Assembly: GCA_950097015.1 (NCBI GenBank) | Contig: CATNEN010000001.1 | Span: 17,794,001-17,858,000, forward strand | Direction of reading: 5' to 3' | Length of the DNA: 64,000 bases | Origin: Macrostomum hystrix | Taxonomy: Eukaryota; Animalia; Platyhelminthes | Part shown: positions 10,757-23,366 of the stretch, one piece after another | Numbering within the stretch: the stretch's first letter is position 1 | Layout: each line of letters opens with the position of its first letter | Notes under the pieces: generated by a model | Databases searched by the model: none | What the model was told of the DNA's origin: nothing | What the model saw: only the letters and a program-made list of their open reading frames with translations | Position numbers and translations under genes: made by a program

Positions 10757-11609
10757 ATGTATGCAAGAATTAAGTGCTATGGCAGCTTGGGTCTGAGTCA
10801 GTTGAGATATTGGCCAATTGAGACGCGCGACATGCTACTCTTAAGCCATAGAGGACACAGGGGCAGGGGCTTCGATTGGTTAATCGACCATAAGCAGCTA
10901 TTCCGCCAGCACCAGGGTGCAGTTGCGGAGAGCGGGCCGTCTGCTGCCGATCTGGCCGGCCATTCGCACCTAGTCCTGCCGCTGAGTGAAGAGTGACCTA
11001 GTGACCACACTCCGGTGACCTAGCCAGGATGGTGCTGCCCGATAAATTTTGTGAGGCCTTGCTGCGAATGAACGATGAGTAGTACATCGTGCCGTCGCTC
11101 GCTGCTCGCAGCATTCACAGCTGCCAACCGACGAGCACGGTGTTCCTGGATGTTTTTGGCGGCATCTATAGCCAGTCGGCGATGAGCCGCATGATTAGTG
11201 CAGGCGGTCAGCGAGTCCTCAGCCGGCACTACGTGGCCACGCACTGGCGTCGCACCCTCTGCGCCGTTGTGCTAATGATGGAGCCGGAGCACCTGGATGT
11301 GTTCGCCAGAGCGCATGGCACATCTGCAGCTGTCATTCGGTACAATTATGGGCACAATGCGCAGATGGCCACCGAGATGGGCGCGGTTATTCATAGCCGC
11401 GATTTGTCCGCCGGTTTGCGGTGCCATTAGGTGACGAAGAGATGCGACCAATAGTTAGGCCGCCGACCCAGGGACTCATCAGCAGCCTGGCTGGTGGAAG
11501 TGGTGAGGTGGCGGCGAGCACCCAACGAGCCAACGCAGTTCTGCACGGTAGACCGGTGGCCCGAAAGCGACGGCGGCTGCACTCAGTGGCGGAACATAAT
11601 TTTGAGTGA
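10757..11609 (+). pseudogene. Degraded tyrosine-recombinase-like gene 1
   Basis: Across frames: IDHK, FVRP, VFLDVFGGIYS, ATHWRR (HxxR-like box), ARAHGTSAAVIRYNY (A..xG[HT]S..V...Y box) and a C-terminal RKRRR. Contains stops and frameshifts. Confidence 0.55.
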
Positions 11610-12203
11610 TTCGCACTGCCTGCCTGCCTGCCTGCGTAAATATTTATAAAAAAGGGCCGCCGTGATAATTGGGTTATACATGTTTGTATAATATCAATAT
11701 ACATGATATAGAGAAAACAAAAGCACCACTCATGGTTAGCGGGAGACGGAGACGTTAGAACTCAGACGTTGGTGTTGTATTGATTCGGCCCAGTCACACT
11801 GAGTACTGCGGCACGCATGAAGCTTTTAAATAGTGAGTCAAAAACACCGTGGGGCAGATAAAGGGGGGTTTGTGTGACGCCTGAATGAGAAATGACGCAT
11901 GAGATATATGCGTAAAAACAAAGATCCATGCTTGTTCGAAAACTGAATAAAGAAAGGTGTATATTTAAGCACGGCAAAAACAAAGACAGAATTAAAGTTC
12001 TAACCGCAAAAAGAAAAAGAAAATCTAAAAAACCACAGCCAATTGTCTTGGTACATATCTTTTTAATTATAAAATACTAACAACTATTTTTTAATCTTAA
12101 AATCAAAATATTAACACACTAAAAGTGTGGGTAAAGATGTGAAAAAGCTGTATATACATGTATGTGTACATGTGTGTATATGGTCTACATATACATATAT
12201 CAG

Positions 12204-14319
12204 CGTGGCGTGGTCAGCGCCTACTTGGATAGCCTGACTTACTCCATGCTAAAACAGACAGTTTCCGCCCTTGAGAAGGTCGGAAAATTTTTGATAATGG
12301 CACGCTACCAGCGCATCTTCGATGGTGGGCTGCAGCAGCAGCTCACCTCGTACAGGCAGGCCACGAAAAATTGGACGGCGAGCTCAATGGGGCCGAAGGC
12401 GGAATACTACGCCGGGCTGGTGGACCGCCGAGAGGAGGAGCTGCTCACCGGCGAGCAAATCAAAGCGGTGTTTGACATGAAGGCCACTTTTCTTGAAGAA
12501 TCGCGGTCTACAAATTACAGGTGAGTTTTTTAGGTTTATTCTTGTTAAGGCTTTTAATAACAATCTGACAATAATTTTGTCAGTGATTCAAAATGGCACT
12601 AGCATTCAAAATCAGCTAAGAAAAAATACTATCTTGAATTCCTATCCTCACAGGACAGTGACATACCTTGCCGTTGGGATGGTGATCTGCTTCGGCGATG
12701 GCAACGCCAACCGGCAAGGTGTGGCCTCGACCTGTCTCATCTCCGACACCAGGCGCTGGCTTAAATCCCCCAACGAGCCTTTGAAGGTTAAGACACAAGT
12801 CAAACGGAAAGCACGGATCGGCTTGGGCCAGCGTCACGCCGTGCGCTGATCTGCTGATGCAGCTCCTGGCCCAGCGATTCGCAGAAGGCCCAAAGGACGA
12901 AGACCTGGCGCTCGTCATCCCCTACGGCTCGTTTGACCACCTTTTAATCAGTACCGAGAGCGATACTCGCCATTACTAAAAAATGTGAGTGTCAAAATTT
13001 CAGACGTGGCTGGAAACTATGGGCCTCGAAAATTCATCTGCGGAGGAGCAGCGGCTGATGGCCGACCACCAAAACCATACGAAAGTGTGCAGCGCCAGTT
13101 TAATCAGGTAAGATTTGCTACATTCTATACAAAAACCTTGCCAATTTTTTAGCTAATAAGCCCTCCTTTTTAGGATTAACTTTATCAAGATTAATAATAT
13201 TTATTAGTTGTACTGCCCGAATCAAAACAGGCCCGAACAAAGGAGAGGCGCAGAAAGGGCCGCGAGCTGACGAAGAAGCTGGTCTCCGGTGTGGCCTCGG
13301 TGAACCTGGAGACCTTAAACACCAAGGCTCCACTCCATGGTCATCAACTGCAGAGGGCGGCAAACGCACTAGCAGGCGGCATCGATGGCGGCAGTGAGTG
13401 CAGCATGATTGGTTAACTTTTGCGGGATATAAAAATTCAAATTATAGTGTAAAACTAAAAGGCGAAAACTATCCTTTAAAAAACTGCATAAAAATTATCA
13501 AAATCATGAACACTGTCCTCTAAAATGATCGAGTAAAAATGTCTGTGAGAGAGTCGATTCTAAATATTCATCCTACGTAGATCCCACTTAAAAATATTTT
13601 TCTTTCTATAGACTACGACTTGGACGGAATGCTCCAAACTATTGATAATCCGCCATATGAGGAGAGCGGCTCTGCTGGCACATCAAAAGCTACAGCAGAT
13701 GCCGCGCACAAGGAGCCTCCGCCATGCAGATGGGAGAAGAAAACGGCGCAAACAAAAAGTCAGAAGCGACCGGCTGCTGCCACTGGCGTCACCACTACTT
13801 CCGCTGGCGCCGACCTGCCTGCCGCTAGCGCCGACCTGCCTGCCGCTGGCGCCAACCTGCCTGCCACCGCTACTCCAATGCTTGAATTTTCATTTATCTC
13901 GGACAATCTTAACGGATTATTGGATGAAATGTACGAGAACATTTACGGCGCTGACGATGCTGGAGCTACTGATGCCTCTTCTTCCGCAGTCCTACCTGGC
14001 GCCAACCTTGCCTGCCGCTGGTGCCAAACTGCCTGCCGCTGGTGCTAAACTGCCTGCCGCTGGTGCCAACCTGCCTGCCGTTGGCGCTGTAGTCGACTCT
14101 GCTAAGCTGCCGGGTAACCGCGTGGCTCGAAAGCGACCTCCACAGTTCAGTGCCAGCACCAGCGCCGCTTGTTCAGCGAGCAACCGGCCAGAAGTTGAGC
14201 CAGGCTGTCTAGTTCTCGGTTACTGGCCAACGGACGGAGAAAATTGGAGGCCGGCAATGGTTTGCCTACCCAGGCGCGGCTCAAGCTGCACGAAAGGCTT
14301 TTGCTCTCAACAAATTTGA
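12204..14319 (+). pseudogene. Spliced tyrosine-recombinase-like gene 2 with low-complexity linker and C-terminal Tudor-like motif (frameshifted)
   Basis: Exon 12204-12520, intron 12521-12653, exon 12654-13107 with NANRQGVA, HKSNGKHGSA, NFRR and LMADHQNHT in shifting frames. Later exons at ~13209-13395 and from 13612, ending PGCLVLGYWPTDGENWRPAMV. Confidence 0.55.
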
Positions 14320-14698
14320 CTTCAAAATTTGAAAGCATCTTATCCAAGCAATTACTATCTAAATCTGAAATCTTTTCAAGCCTTCAATCTGTAGCTATAA
14401 TATTCGGTTTTTGTTACGCTATTTATTTGTATTCTACTACGTTATATATAATTATTGTACAATATATTGTATTCTACAAGTACAAGTTTTACTTGCATGT
14501 AATTAATTTAATTGTTACCTATTTACACTGTAAGTGTAAGTTTATAGTTTTATTTTTAATACTAACTGATGCATAGTATTTGAATAATATTTTATTATTC
14601 AAACTGTCTTTACTTTTAGAAGGCGCAGATAGTTAAGCAGATGTGTTTGATTATTAAATGAGATTCTTAGCAGTTTAATGCAATAATGCAGTTTTTGC

Positions 14699-14804
14699 TT
14701 GTCCGCTTACTGATAATATTGTCCGCTTACTGATAATATTGTCCGCTTACTGATAATATTGTCCGCTTACTGATAATATTGTCCGCTTACTGATAATATT
14801 GTCC
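14699..14804. repeat. 20-bp perfect tandem repeat x5 (gtccgcttactgataatatt)
   Basis: Five identical units with no spacers. Confidence 0.95.
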
Positions 14805-15850
14805 CATGTAGTTAATATGCTAGTGCCATAGACGGTTGGGTCTGGAATGCGGCCTTGAGTAGCGGATTTCCGACTTTCGGCACTTGTACATAGGGGAATC
14901 AAAGTCTAAGCTGGGGTCCACCGGACAGAATAATCAGATTGTTGGGGTCTGCTTGCCAAATTATCCGATGCATATTTTGTACATCAAATAGTTACGATAA
15001 TCACTAGCTTAATAAAATAACTGCATAATGAATCATAGTGATTGTATTATTTTACATTATGACGTTATGACGCCTCTGCCTCTTCAGCTGCGGCATACAG
15101 AAGCTCGTCGTCAACTGCATGGGTCTATGCAATTTCTATATATAGTATTACGCATTCAATCGAATGTATATCCAAAGTGTCAAAGTATTGATGAATAATA
15201 TTCATGAAGGTATTCATGAAGGTTCATGAAAATATAACGCCTTCTAAATGGAAAGTAAATATACAGTATTTTCGCGAAAAGACTGATATGTTCTTAAACG
15301 AAGGAAAGGGCAGTATTTTTGCAAAAGTTCTTGAAGTAACGTGGCCACATCTTATGGTATTTTCGCGAAAGTGCATGCGTATTCTTAGACGAAGTGTCTA
15401 TTACCTTTTTTACCATAGACACATTTATAGTATTTCTGCAAATTGCCAAGAATCATGAATATATTTTTTTCGCGAAAAGACTATACACTGTGTACTATAT
15501 TGAATACTTATGAGTGAAAAATAATGGCAGTTTTTGCCAGAATACTAACGATACGATGACGAATATATTTTTGCGAAAAAAACGTGTTCTAAAACAAATA
15601 CAAAATGCTGTATTTGTGCGAAAGTACTTTGAGTACTAAAATATATTGAACGTTTGCAAAAAAAATACAAACAAGAATGCTTAACGTAGTGCTGATGATT
15701 GTTGGTAATGGTATTTTCACGAAAAGATTAGTGTATTTTCAATCACTTACAAAGCAACACCAATATGTATATCAAATAGTTATGATAATCACAGGCTTTA
15801 TAAAATAACTGTTATGAATCATAGTGAATGTATTATTTTATAATATCATT

Positions 15851-16519
15851 TCAAACTTTTGCCTCCTCAACTGCCATCGCTGCTGCTGCTGACGCCTCCG
15901 CCTCTTCAGCTGCGGCATACAATAGGCACTCGTCAGCTGGGTCGAATGAACAGCTACTGGCTGCCATCGCTGCTGCTGACACCTCTGCCTCTTCAGCTGC
16001 GGCATACAATAGGCAGTCGTCAGCTGGGTCAAATAAGCAGCTACTGGCTGCCATCGCTGCTGCTGACGCCTCCGCCTCTTCAGCTGCGGCATACAATAGG
16101 CAGTCGTCAGCTGGGTCAAATAAGCAGCTACTGGCTGCCATCGCTGCTGCTGACGCCTCTGCCTCTTCAGCTGCGGCATACAATAGGCAGTCGTCAGCTG
16201 GGTCAAATAAACAGCTACTGGCTGCCATCGCTGCTGCTGCTGCTGACGCCTCCACCTGTTCAGCTGCGGCATACAAAAGCTCGTCGTCAGATGGGTCTAA
16301 GCAATTGACTGCCATCGCCGCTTCGACCTCTTCAGCTACGGCGTATAACATATGGTCATCTGCCAAGCCCAATACAAAACTACATGATGAATGGTATGTT
16401 TCATCATACCCGAAGTCATCATAGCCTGGCTCTTCGTTCAGCCCAACGTCCTCGTCGTGACAGTTGGATGTTTCCGCGTCGTTTAGAGTTGGCGCTGATG
16501 ATGATGGTGATGCAGGCAT
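15851..16519 (-). CDS. Acidic protein with 27-aa (81-bp) repeats DPADDCLLYAAAEEAEASAAAMAASSCLF
   Basis: ATG-initiated 222-aa ORF with 5-6 repeat units; one more unit at ~15070-15115. Confidence 0.45.
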   Translation of the reverse strand: MPASPSSSAPTLNDAETSNCHDEDVGLNEEPGYDDFGYDETYHSSCSFVLGLADDHMLYAVAEEVEAAMAVNCLDPSDDELLYAAAEQVEASAAAAAMAASSCLFDPADDCLLYAAAEEAEASAAAMAASSCLFDPADDCLLYAAAEEAEASAAAMAASSCLFDPADDCLLYAAAEEAEVSAAAMAASSCSFDPADECLLYAAAEEAEASAAAAMAVEEAKV

Positions 16520-16744
16520 GGCGAGACAATGGGGGTAGTATTTAAAATGCTTAACTTGTTTAATTTACTTAATTAATTGTCCAAAGTTTAAACTGCATTG
16601 ATTGCATACTCTTAATAACATAAGATTATCAGCAAGCTGGTTACCATAGACTAGCAGTCGGGTTTTTTAGTTATTTTTTTTACTCAGTTAAGTTGCGTAA
16701 ATTATTTACACATTAATTGTTGTTTCAAATAAAAAAACTACAAC

Positions 16745-17188
16745 ATGTCATCCCTGGGTGGGCGGCACAATGGCGGAGATCGAGATATCGACAGAGAGGA
16801 TCACAACTCTGGCAACGACAAACCGATCTCGTGCCCTACCGTCAGTAGCAGCACGGATGTCGTGATTGGCACTGAGCGACGTCGACGAAGGCACAGCTCG
16901 GATAGTAGTTCAGACTCCGATTTTGCTATTCTGCCTTCACGTCAACGTGTTCAGTACGTATGGCATCGTCCAGGTGTTGTGCGCATTTACAATCAGAGAT
17001 TTTCTATTGTGAACGCCAATCCGACACGTGATTTAGCCGGCCAATTGCAACTGCCGCAGCATGCGCAAGTGACCGATATACAGTCACCAATTATAAGCAC
17101 TAGCAACAACAATGGCGGCACTGGCACTGAAAGAGAGCGCGGCAATGCCAATCGTGCTGCAAATAACCCAGATTTGAATGACATGTAG
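16745..17188 (+). CDS. Orphan 147-aa protein with RRRRR basic patch
   Basis: ATG in good context (caacATG); GC-richer than its flanks; divergent from the 15851-16519 ORF. Confidence 0.45.
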   Translation: MSSLGGRHNGGDRDIDREDHNSGNDKPISCPTVSSSTDVVIGTERRRRRHSSDSSSDSDFAILPSRQRVQYVWHRPGVVRIYNQRFSIVNANPTRDLAGQLQLPQHAQVTDIQSPIISTSNNNGGTGTERERGNANRAANNPDLNDM

Positions 17189-17665
17189 CAATTCTTTTGT
17201 TAAGCACTGTTTCCATTAGATATAATGAAATTAATTAACTGATTAATATAATTAAAAGTTGCAGGTATTTGATTAACACATCTGAGTATTCAAAGTCGAC
17301 AGTTCATGATGCCTGCAAATGTTTTTAACTACTTTAACATACACTAGCTCTCGTTCACCTTCACGTGGTATATTCAAAGCATAAGAGTTTGCCGTCACTA
17401 TTGACAATATATTGTCGCGTCCACCATTAATCATAATCAGACGACTGATGAGATCAGTCAGTAATAAAATATTAATACACGAACACAGATGTGCGCAGCT
17501 AGTCAACAGGTTATTATTAATACGGTTATTATTAATACGGTTTTTATTAAATTTCACCAATACATATAGAGTATAAATATATATAGAATTTCATTGATTG
17601 AACAAATAATCGTGCTATTCTACAATTAGTCTGATTTGCAAAGTCGCGAGAGCAAAAATAAACGT

Positions 17666-18240
17666 CCCGGTGTAAAAGTCATCGTCCGCCGGACGTCTTT
17701 CGGACCCCTACGGTCCCATTTTGGCCTTCGTCAGCTCAGCTAAAAATAATCGAGTTAGCTGCTGAAAACGTCTTAAGAGGTCTTGATTTCAGTGATAAAT
17801 GCATTTAAAAGATTTAAAAATGTGTATTTCGTACAGTCCGATTTTAGTCCGAAAAAGGCCGACGCGTCGACCGGCTCCAAAATGGTCCGATTTGAGTCCG
17901 AAAAAGGCCGACGAGAAGGACGATGTTCCAAAAAAATCACTCGTGAGTTAGCTGCTAAAAACGTCTTAAAAGGCCTTGATTTCAGTTCTAAATGCATTTA
18001 AAAGATGAAAAAATGTGTAATTCGTACAGTCCGAAATTAGTCCGCAAAAGGCCGACGCGTCCGCGGTCCGTTTTGAGTCCTCAATAGAGCGACTAGGAGG
18101 ACGATGTTCCATAAAAAATTACTTGAGTTAGCTGCTGGAAACGTCATAAAAGGCTTTATTTTCCGTTACTTATGCATTTAAAAGATGAAAAATTGTGTAA
18201 TTCCAACAGTCCGATTCTAGTCCGCAAAAGGTCATTTTTT
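17666..18240. repeat. ~180-193-bp degenerate tandem repeat preceded by CCCGGTG (possible EnSpm-type end)
   Basis: gagttagctgct at 17752, 17945 and 18125; many agtccg motifs; no partner TIR found. Confidence 0.6.
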
Positions 18241-19934
18241 GATCTACTGTACAGAACCTAAAATGCTTGAAATACTACTCGTATTTAAACGTTAGTAGTG
18301 CAGCAAGTTAAATGTTTGGTTTGTATAGTCGTAATATTTAGTTTTTAGATATAAATTATTTACTATACATATACTTACTGTTTTACTGATCAGTGAGAGC
18401 TAGGAAATAAAATTTGTGTGCATCAGTGAAACAATTTACGAGTATATAGTGGAATCATCAAAATATTCTGAGCGTGTATACAATTCGATCTTCTGGTCGG
18501 CCATGCATATTCCGGCTGTCTGCAGTAAACCGCTCAATAGCCGTATAAAATGATTGATACTGCGGCAACTGCTTTAATTGCATTACATCTCGAATAGCTA
18601 TGTATTTAGGAGTATATAGAATAGGTAGAAATCGCATAATTGTGATGGTCCGTTTTCCGTCCGATTTGAGTCCGTAAAAAGGCGACGTGAATGTAAAATT
18701 TAACAAACACATGTATTTTGACCGCAGGCAATAAAAAGTTTTGTCGCAGAAGAAGCCAGTTGCACTAAACTTAATAAGAAGTAGGAATCAATTTTTTAGT
18801 TTCAAATTGCAGCTTAAAAACGAAAGAATGGCCTGAGCAAAGTTTTTGAAAGCGCATGCACTGCAAACTTTCACTTTGACCTGACCGGATCCTCAATTAA
18901 TTAGCTATTATGTACGTGAGAATTCTCGATTCGATCAACGAATTCTCAAAAACTATTCACAGTAAGACACTAAAATTCATTAGACAAGACAAAGTGAATA
19001 TAAACACCGATATCAAACTCGCCATCACTTTGTGGTTTTATATATAAGTTAATTATTAAGTGAAAGTCTATTTGATCAGCAATGTCAGTGTAGCTTAGTT
19101 AGGATATATTATGAAGCTACAGGAATATTTTTTACAAAAAAGAGTGTTATTTTAAAGCGCATAGTGTATATTTACTTTAATTTAGCAAAAAATACATATT
19201 TTTGCAACTATAATGAATTGTACCATGTGAGGCTTAAATGCCTATATACTATATAGCTAGGTTACAACTCCTATTTTCTGCTCTAGATACTTCAAGTCTA
19301 ACTTCTGTTTATTCTTGGGCTTTCACAAGTGCCTATTTAATTGAAACAGTGAAAGAAAGAAACTGTTATATAGCTATGATATGAGAACTAATTGTCATGA
19401 AAAATGTATTATTACTTATTAGCTGGTTTAGGTATGTGGCATGCAGTTTTGTTCATGCTTAGGCATTAAGAACAGCAAAGATCTGTCAGTTAACAGTGAG
19501 CTAGTCAATCATGCCTTTCATAATCTTGGATGGCAGCAGCATTCAGGCTAGCTCTTGTTGGCCAAGCACCAGATACAGTAGAAGTTCCAGTAAGCTCTCG
19601 TACATGCAGATCGAGAATCTTGCCATTCCTTAACCTGCTTGAAAAGGATAAGGTGGTTAAGAGAGTTGTTAGTTAGCTTGTTAGTTTTAGATGTATTAAA
19701 CAGAGCCGAAAAATAAAAAACACAGCACATATTATGTATAGGCTAAGTAATTAATATAATTTATTATACCTATCTGGCCAATTGTGCAGTATGGTCAACA
19801 GCACAGCCACAGCTATTGTGCAGCATACGCTCGTATCTCAAGACTGGGCATGGCTGTTCAGTCCATGGACTTAGGGATGCCAGACCCACCTTCAGTTCCC
19901 CTAGTTAATATTGGTACCCATTTTACAGCTGGGT

Positions 19935-20268
19935 TGTAGCTTGTAGCCATGCAGCAGTTAGAGCGTCGGACTCGCATCTTGAAGCTTGATGGTTCGATTC
20001 CTGACTCCTATTTCAATTTGTGTGTCTAAGAAAGACACTTAACTCTGAATTGCTTCAGTTCACCTAGCTAGCTATTAAATGGATGGGTACCAGTATTAGC
20101 TGTGGTAACTTATGGTGGGTGTAGCCTCCCCCCAGTCCATGGACTGTACTGGCTGTAGTCCATAGCCGTACGCAGTCTTCAGATGCGCTGCAAAATAGTT
20201 GCAGCTGTGCTGTCGGCTCCACATCTGGCCCAATAGTGACAAGTAATTAGTTATTGCATTATTATTAA
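19935..20268 (+). mobile_element. tRNA-derived SINE with CORE-like central domain, nested in an older antisense copy
   Basis: B-box ggttcgattcc; central aagacacttaactct..ttgcttcagttcacctagct..gggtacc; (att)n tail; imperfect 14-bp TSD at 19921-19934 and 20269-20282. Confidence 0.7.
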
Positions 20269-20707
20269 TTTTATAACTGGGTGAACTGAAGCAAGCAAGT
20301 TAGGCCTCTTGCCAAAGGGCATAAGTTGTACCAGTAGAGTTGGGAATCAAAAACCCCACCCTAATTCCCCCTGCCTCATCTATCCCATGTCTAATCCCTG
20401 CCCTTTCTCAGATTCCTACATTTAATACAGCCGTCGTCTTTTAGGTTCTGTAAGTGGCCCACTGGCTCATTGCCGACCCCTAGCTGCTAAATACCATTGA
20501 ACCAGACCAAATAACTCAAGTATACACTGGGGTCACTGGCTATGGTAGGACCAAATACTAGTTACCAGTACAAGTAACTTGACTTGCCTTAAATTGCTGC
20601 TGTTTCAAGAGCGTCTGATTTACTACTACACCTCCATTTTTAAAGTAATCAGAGCTACAAATCAGTGAACAAAAGTGCTTAGAACCAACCTTGTACATGA
20701 ATGCAAA

Positions 20708-20930
20708 TAACAATAATAATTGAGTACACCAATCGGGCCAGATGTGCAGCCGACAGCACAGCTGCAGCTATTGCGCGGCTCATCTGAAGACTGCGTACAG
20801 CTGTACAGTCCATGGTCTGGGGGACGCCACACCCACCTTCAATTATCCCAGCGAATGCTGGTACCATTGAACAGCTGGGTGAACTGAAGCAATGCAGAGT
20901 TAAATTAGTGTATTGCTAAAGGACACAAAT
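20708..20930 (-). mobile_element. SINE copy of the same family, antisense and 5'-truncated
   Basis: Reverse complement of ~20020-20265. Confidence 0.7.
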
Positions 20931-21393
20931 AGTCTCACATGAATGCAGCAGACCAAATAACCCTAGCTAGTACCAACAGCTGTCAATAGCTAGTGAATGG
21001 CTATAGTTTTTATGACACTAGGGTTTAGGGTCTGACATAGTCTATGTTTAGTAAGCTTTTGAGTTCAAAAATGCATGCATAGCACCTTTTTAGACAAACT
21101 GAACCTGTACACATGTATTATCTAAACCAATGGCTCAAAATTAATTTGAGTTACAATTGATAGTAGCTATCAATTGTGGGTTAGGTGTTAAGTATTTCAC
21201 AAAAGGATCATGATTAGTCAAGCACTTACTATGTCACCAGCAGTTCTCAGATGCACTGATGTAAGGAAAGCAGTTGCTATAGGTAGTACTGCCTAAGCCA
21301 GTCAAAAATGCCACCATTCCTGATTCCTGAATATTTCATATTTTCAGAAAATATCAGAATATCAAAAATCAGAAAATATTCACTGAATATTTC

Positions 21394-21723
21394 ATGATGA
21401 ATTAGCAGCACCAGCAGCAGCAGCAGCAGTCTCCTAGAGCTGTTTCAGCTTCGTCCGGCAGTAGTCGGCAGCTAGCTAGACCCACGCCTCATATTCCCGC
21501 GAACCCGCCGGGCAGTCGTTCCGTATCCAATGGCGTTCCGAATTCGTATCCTCCGCAGGCCCAAAGCAGCCAGCAGCAGGGCCCTGGCTCACCGTGGCTT
21601 ATTGAGCCACACACGGTGGGCCAGGGCAGAGGCCGAGTTGTAGTGTGGAAGGTGAAGGTAGGTGCCGGGGCATCTGCCAACTTCACCCCGCCCCGGCACC
21701 TACCTTCGGGCGGAAAGAAGTAA
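21394..21723 (+). pseudogene. Small Q-rich orphan protein family, copy 2 (divergent; premature TAG at codon 4)
   Basis: MMN*QHQQQQQQ...SPWLIEPHTVGQGRGRVVVWKVKVGAGASANFTPPRHLPSGGKK*, all in one frame. Confidence 0.6.
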
Positions 21724-23366
21724 AAGGTTTGTTAAACCACGTACTTTTTGCTATTTTATACTAATGGTTTTTCGCAATTCTTGACAGTTTTTTTATAATT
21801 CTTAAAATATGATTTTAAACGTCCTAAAAAATTATACCCGGTTTTGCAGGTTTTACTTTCCCTAAAAAGTTCATATTGGTGCTAGGTGGTAAAACTAAAT
21901 ATCTTTCTAGCCATTAGCTACACGTCGTTTAACATGCTGCAATTCACACAACACACAATATTACAATAAAGCAATAAAATGCACTCACCTTTAATATGAC
22001 AGTAATTAAATGCTATAACGTTAGTCTTTTTGTCGTACGTGCCGCACTTCGTGTTTAACCATGCAGCTCATTCCATAAGCCAACCCTAAGCATTTGCTTA
22101 GAGTTGGATGCATGCCCTTGTTGCCATTGGATAAAGCATTTATTAAAGGTGCATGTTTTTACTAAATAATGATATTTGCGTTGCATGCCAAATATTAATT
22201 ACGTATTTAAATTATCACATTTGTGCCTTAAAACTCCTTTTCGCCTTTCAGAGCATGCATATACGGCTTAGTCAGCACGGCTTAGTCAGCGATATAGCGC
22301 CAATTAATAATTAAGCTGCATTTTTGGATATCTATGCCTTCGTGTCTTTATTTATTTCACACTTGTTTATTTATTACATGCACTGCATGCATTAAGTATT
22401 TATAAATTGCTTTAGCTTTGCACGACAACAAACGTATTTATTGAGCTATTGCACCTTGCTTTGTGTTTAAGATGCACTTAAGATGCATGCATGCAATTAG
22501 CTTCTTAGAATGACTTGATATAATAGCTGGCTATCGCATCTGTCCCTTAAAGGCTTGCTGAAATGTAGCTGAAATTCAGAGTTGACCAGGGATCAAATTT
22601 CAACCGAAAGCAAAAACTGTATACTGTCAAATTCCAATTTTAGTTTTCCCCGTTCCAGAAAATCCTGAGACGTGTGTTGCAAGGTGGTCGGCAGAAAATG
22701 TACCGACGAGACATCGCTCTTAGCTTTTACCTCGGATGTACAGGTATGCAGTTACTTTCTTCTTAAGCAGTTTGAGTTTAAATTCACATTAGGAATTCAA
22801 AATGAGATAAATGAATTGATCTAACCCTCTGCAGCATGGGGAATTTCAGTCAGCGTCGAGCACAAGTTTGCCCAGCGTCCCGGCTAGCTGCATCTGGCCG
22901 AGTTTAGCAGGTTAGAGAAAGACAGCGACATTCACGAACTCCTTGTCATGTCAATAGAGTTCCACGGCTGCACTCGCAACAACGTTAAGTGTGCTTTTTG
23001 TTTTTTAGTTTATGAAATAATGTGCAGCAACTATTAGTTTATTTATAGTATAGCATTTATAAGTACTCGTAGATATCATACTTTTATAGGAAACAGTCGG
23101 TCTCAATTACATGTCTTCAAAATCAAGGCTTAATTACAGATGATAAGTCATGCATGGACAATATGAGAAAACACAAGAAAACAGAACAAAACATGGCCGT
23201 AAGAAACAATAGTTTACATGAGTGAAGTAGCGCAACTGACAATCAGACAATCCGTGATGTAATTCTGAGTCATTGTCTGGATCATGTGATTTCTAGGGCA
23301 ATGTAGGGATTTCTGAGGTATTAATTAAATTATGGGATTTCTGATTTGGGTGTCATTTTGTCTCAG

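Noticed and set aside
14699-14804. CRISPR-like array
   Set aside because: Contiguous identical 20-mers with no spacers, in a eukaryotic context.
15828-16424. Plus-strand Ala/Ser repeat ORF
   Set aside because: Antisense shadow of the 81-bp repeat; the minus-strand ORF has the more convincing unique N-terminus.
19940-20010. tRNA gene
   Set aside because: A/B-box-like head continues into a SINE body, and there is no complete cloverleaf.
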